A stretch of 64,000 nucleotides of DNA from a candidate division WOR-1 bacterium RIFOXYB2_FULL_45_9 (GTDB lineage Bacteria; Margulisbacteria; WOR-1; O2-12-FULL-45-9; XYB2-FULL-48-7): NCBI GenBank assembly GCA_001771575.1, contig MEUD01000001.1, positions 415,277-479,276 on the forward strand, given 5' to 3'. This document shows positions 62,989 through 64,000 of the stretch, piece after piece. Made by a program: the position numbers and the translations under genes. The notes beneath the pieces are model-generated. The model saw nothing but the letters and a program-made list of their open reading frames with translations, was not told the DNA's origin and searched no databases. Each line of letters begins with the position of its first letter. Positions within the stretch are counted from its first letter, which is position 1.

Positions 62989-64000
62989 CTAAAGCGAAAT
63001 GATCGGTTCTCCCTGGTGCTGGAGAGCGATAAACATCAATAAATAATTTCGCATTTTCCTGGTGATCAAAAACTTTTCCCGCACGTGCTCGTGCCCGTAT
63101 TTACCGAGCCTTTCGGCCGCGGCCGGATTGTTCAACAAATATCTTATCTGGTAGGCAACCCCTTCCACGGAGTGGGCCAGCAGTCCGGTTAAATTATGAA
63201 TGACCTGGAGCGGAATCCCGCCGACCGCGGTCGCCACGACCGGCTTACTTTTCCAGAGCGCTTCGGTCACCGTCAAGCCAAAGCCCTCTCTAAGCGACTT
63301 CTGCAAAACAATGGTCGAGGCCCGCTGGAGAGCGTTGACCTCCAGATCGGCGAACGGCGGCAGAAGAAGAATATGGAAATTAGGATCGTTCCCCACCCGC
63401 TCCTGAAGTTCGGCCAGGACCTTGTTACTTTCCGGATCGTCGCTCGCGGTCCCGCCGGCGTAGACAAAGCGGCAATCGGCGTGCCTCTTGACCAATTTAT
63501 AAGCTTCATAAACCCCGATCGGGTCTTTGAGGTAATCAAAGCGGGAGACCTGGGTGACGATCGGTTTGTCGGTCGGGATCGAGTATTTCCTTAGAACGGC
63601 ATCGATCTCGCTCCGGGTCAGCTCCCGGTTCTTGTCGGCAAAGGGATCGATCGCCGGATAGATCAGGTATTGGGCGATCGGCAGTTCCTTGGCAAAACTT
63701 GGTGACGAATAGATCGAAGCGTCGTACCGCGCGATAAATTGTTTTAAAAATTCCCAGAGTACCGGGTCCGGATTGGCGGTGTCGATATGACAGCGCCAGA
63801 TCCATTTGGCGTTCCCCTCTTTTTTCTTGGCGATCAACGGGAGAGGCTGGGGGTCGTGGATCACGACAAAATCATCGTCAAAGACCATTTCTTTTTCGTT
63901 CTGAGCGTTGGTTTCCAGGAAAGAATCGAACATCTCCCTGGTTATTTCCACCTTGGTCCCGTGTAGAGCGTTGTGAAACGCTTTGGTAATATTAAAAAAG
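62989..64000 (-). CDS. GT4 glycosyltransferase, TreT-like trehalose synthase; 5' end outside the window
   Basis: HDPQP, WRCHID, SRFD-LKDP, DDPE, EGFGLTVTEA; frame is open to the window edge. Confidence 0.85.
   Translation of the reverse strand, partial: FFNITKAFHNALHGTKVEITREMFDSFLETNAQNEKEMVFDDDFVVIHDPQPLPLIAKKKEGNAKWIWRCHIDTANPDPVLWEFLKQFIARYDASIYSSPSFAKELPIAQYLIYPAIDPFADKNRELTRSEIDAVLRKYSIPTDKPIVTQVSRFDYLKDPIGVYEAYKLVKRHADCRFVYAGGTASDDPESNKVLAELQERVGNDPNFHILLLPPFADLEVNALQRASTIVLQKSLREGFGLTVTEALWKSKPVVATAVGGIPLQVIHNLTGLLAHSVEGVAYQIRYLLNNPAAAERLGKYGHEHVREKFLITRKMRNYLLMFIALQHQGEPIISL

Overview
This is a ~52% GC chromosomal window from a diderm bacterium (TolC and beta-barrel outer-membrane proteins are present). 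It tentatively resembles the Saganbacteria/Margulisbacteria lineage, but this is unverified. Most of it is housekeeping: nnrD-acpS-ilvE-argS, pheA, a split transketolase, a partial dcw cluster, a 23S-5S rRNA unit with its own promoter and no adjacent 16S, tRNA-Asn, an MTA/5'-deoxyadenosine salvage operon, purine genes, ispG, polX, rnhA-rnpB, a glycerol operon, and an ECF-sigma/MacAB-TolC envelope module. The standout is a lower-GC ~9.5 kb defence-like island just downstream of tRNA-Asn. It is a type I restriction-modification operon with three tightly coupled cargo genes: hsdM - coiled-coil/2TM protein - hsdS - reverse transcriptase (YADD, not a retron, DGR or group II type) - hsdR - PD-(D/E)XK nuclease. 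Structured non-coding segments flank it on both sides. Other signals are probable ATT start codons (mtnA, ispG), widespread leaderless promoter architecture, palindromes embedded in coding sequences, and strong CGATCG (HIP1-core) enrichment. All calls come from reading the sequence by eye; no searches were run.
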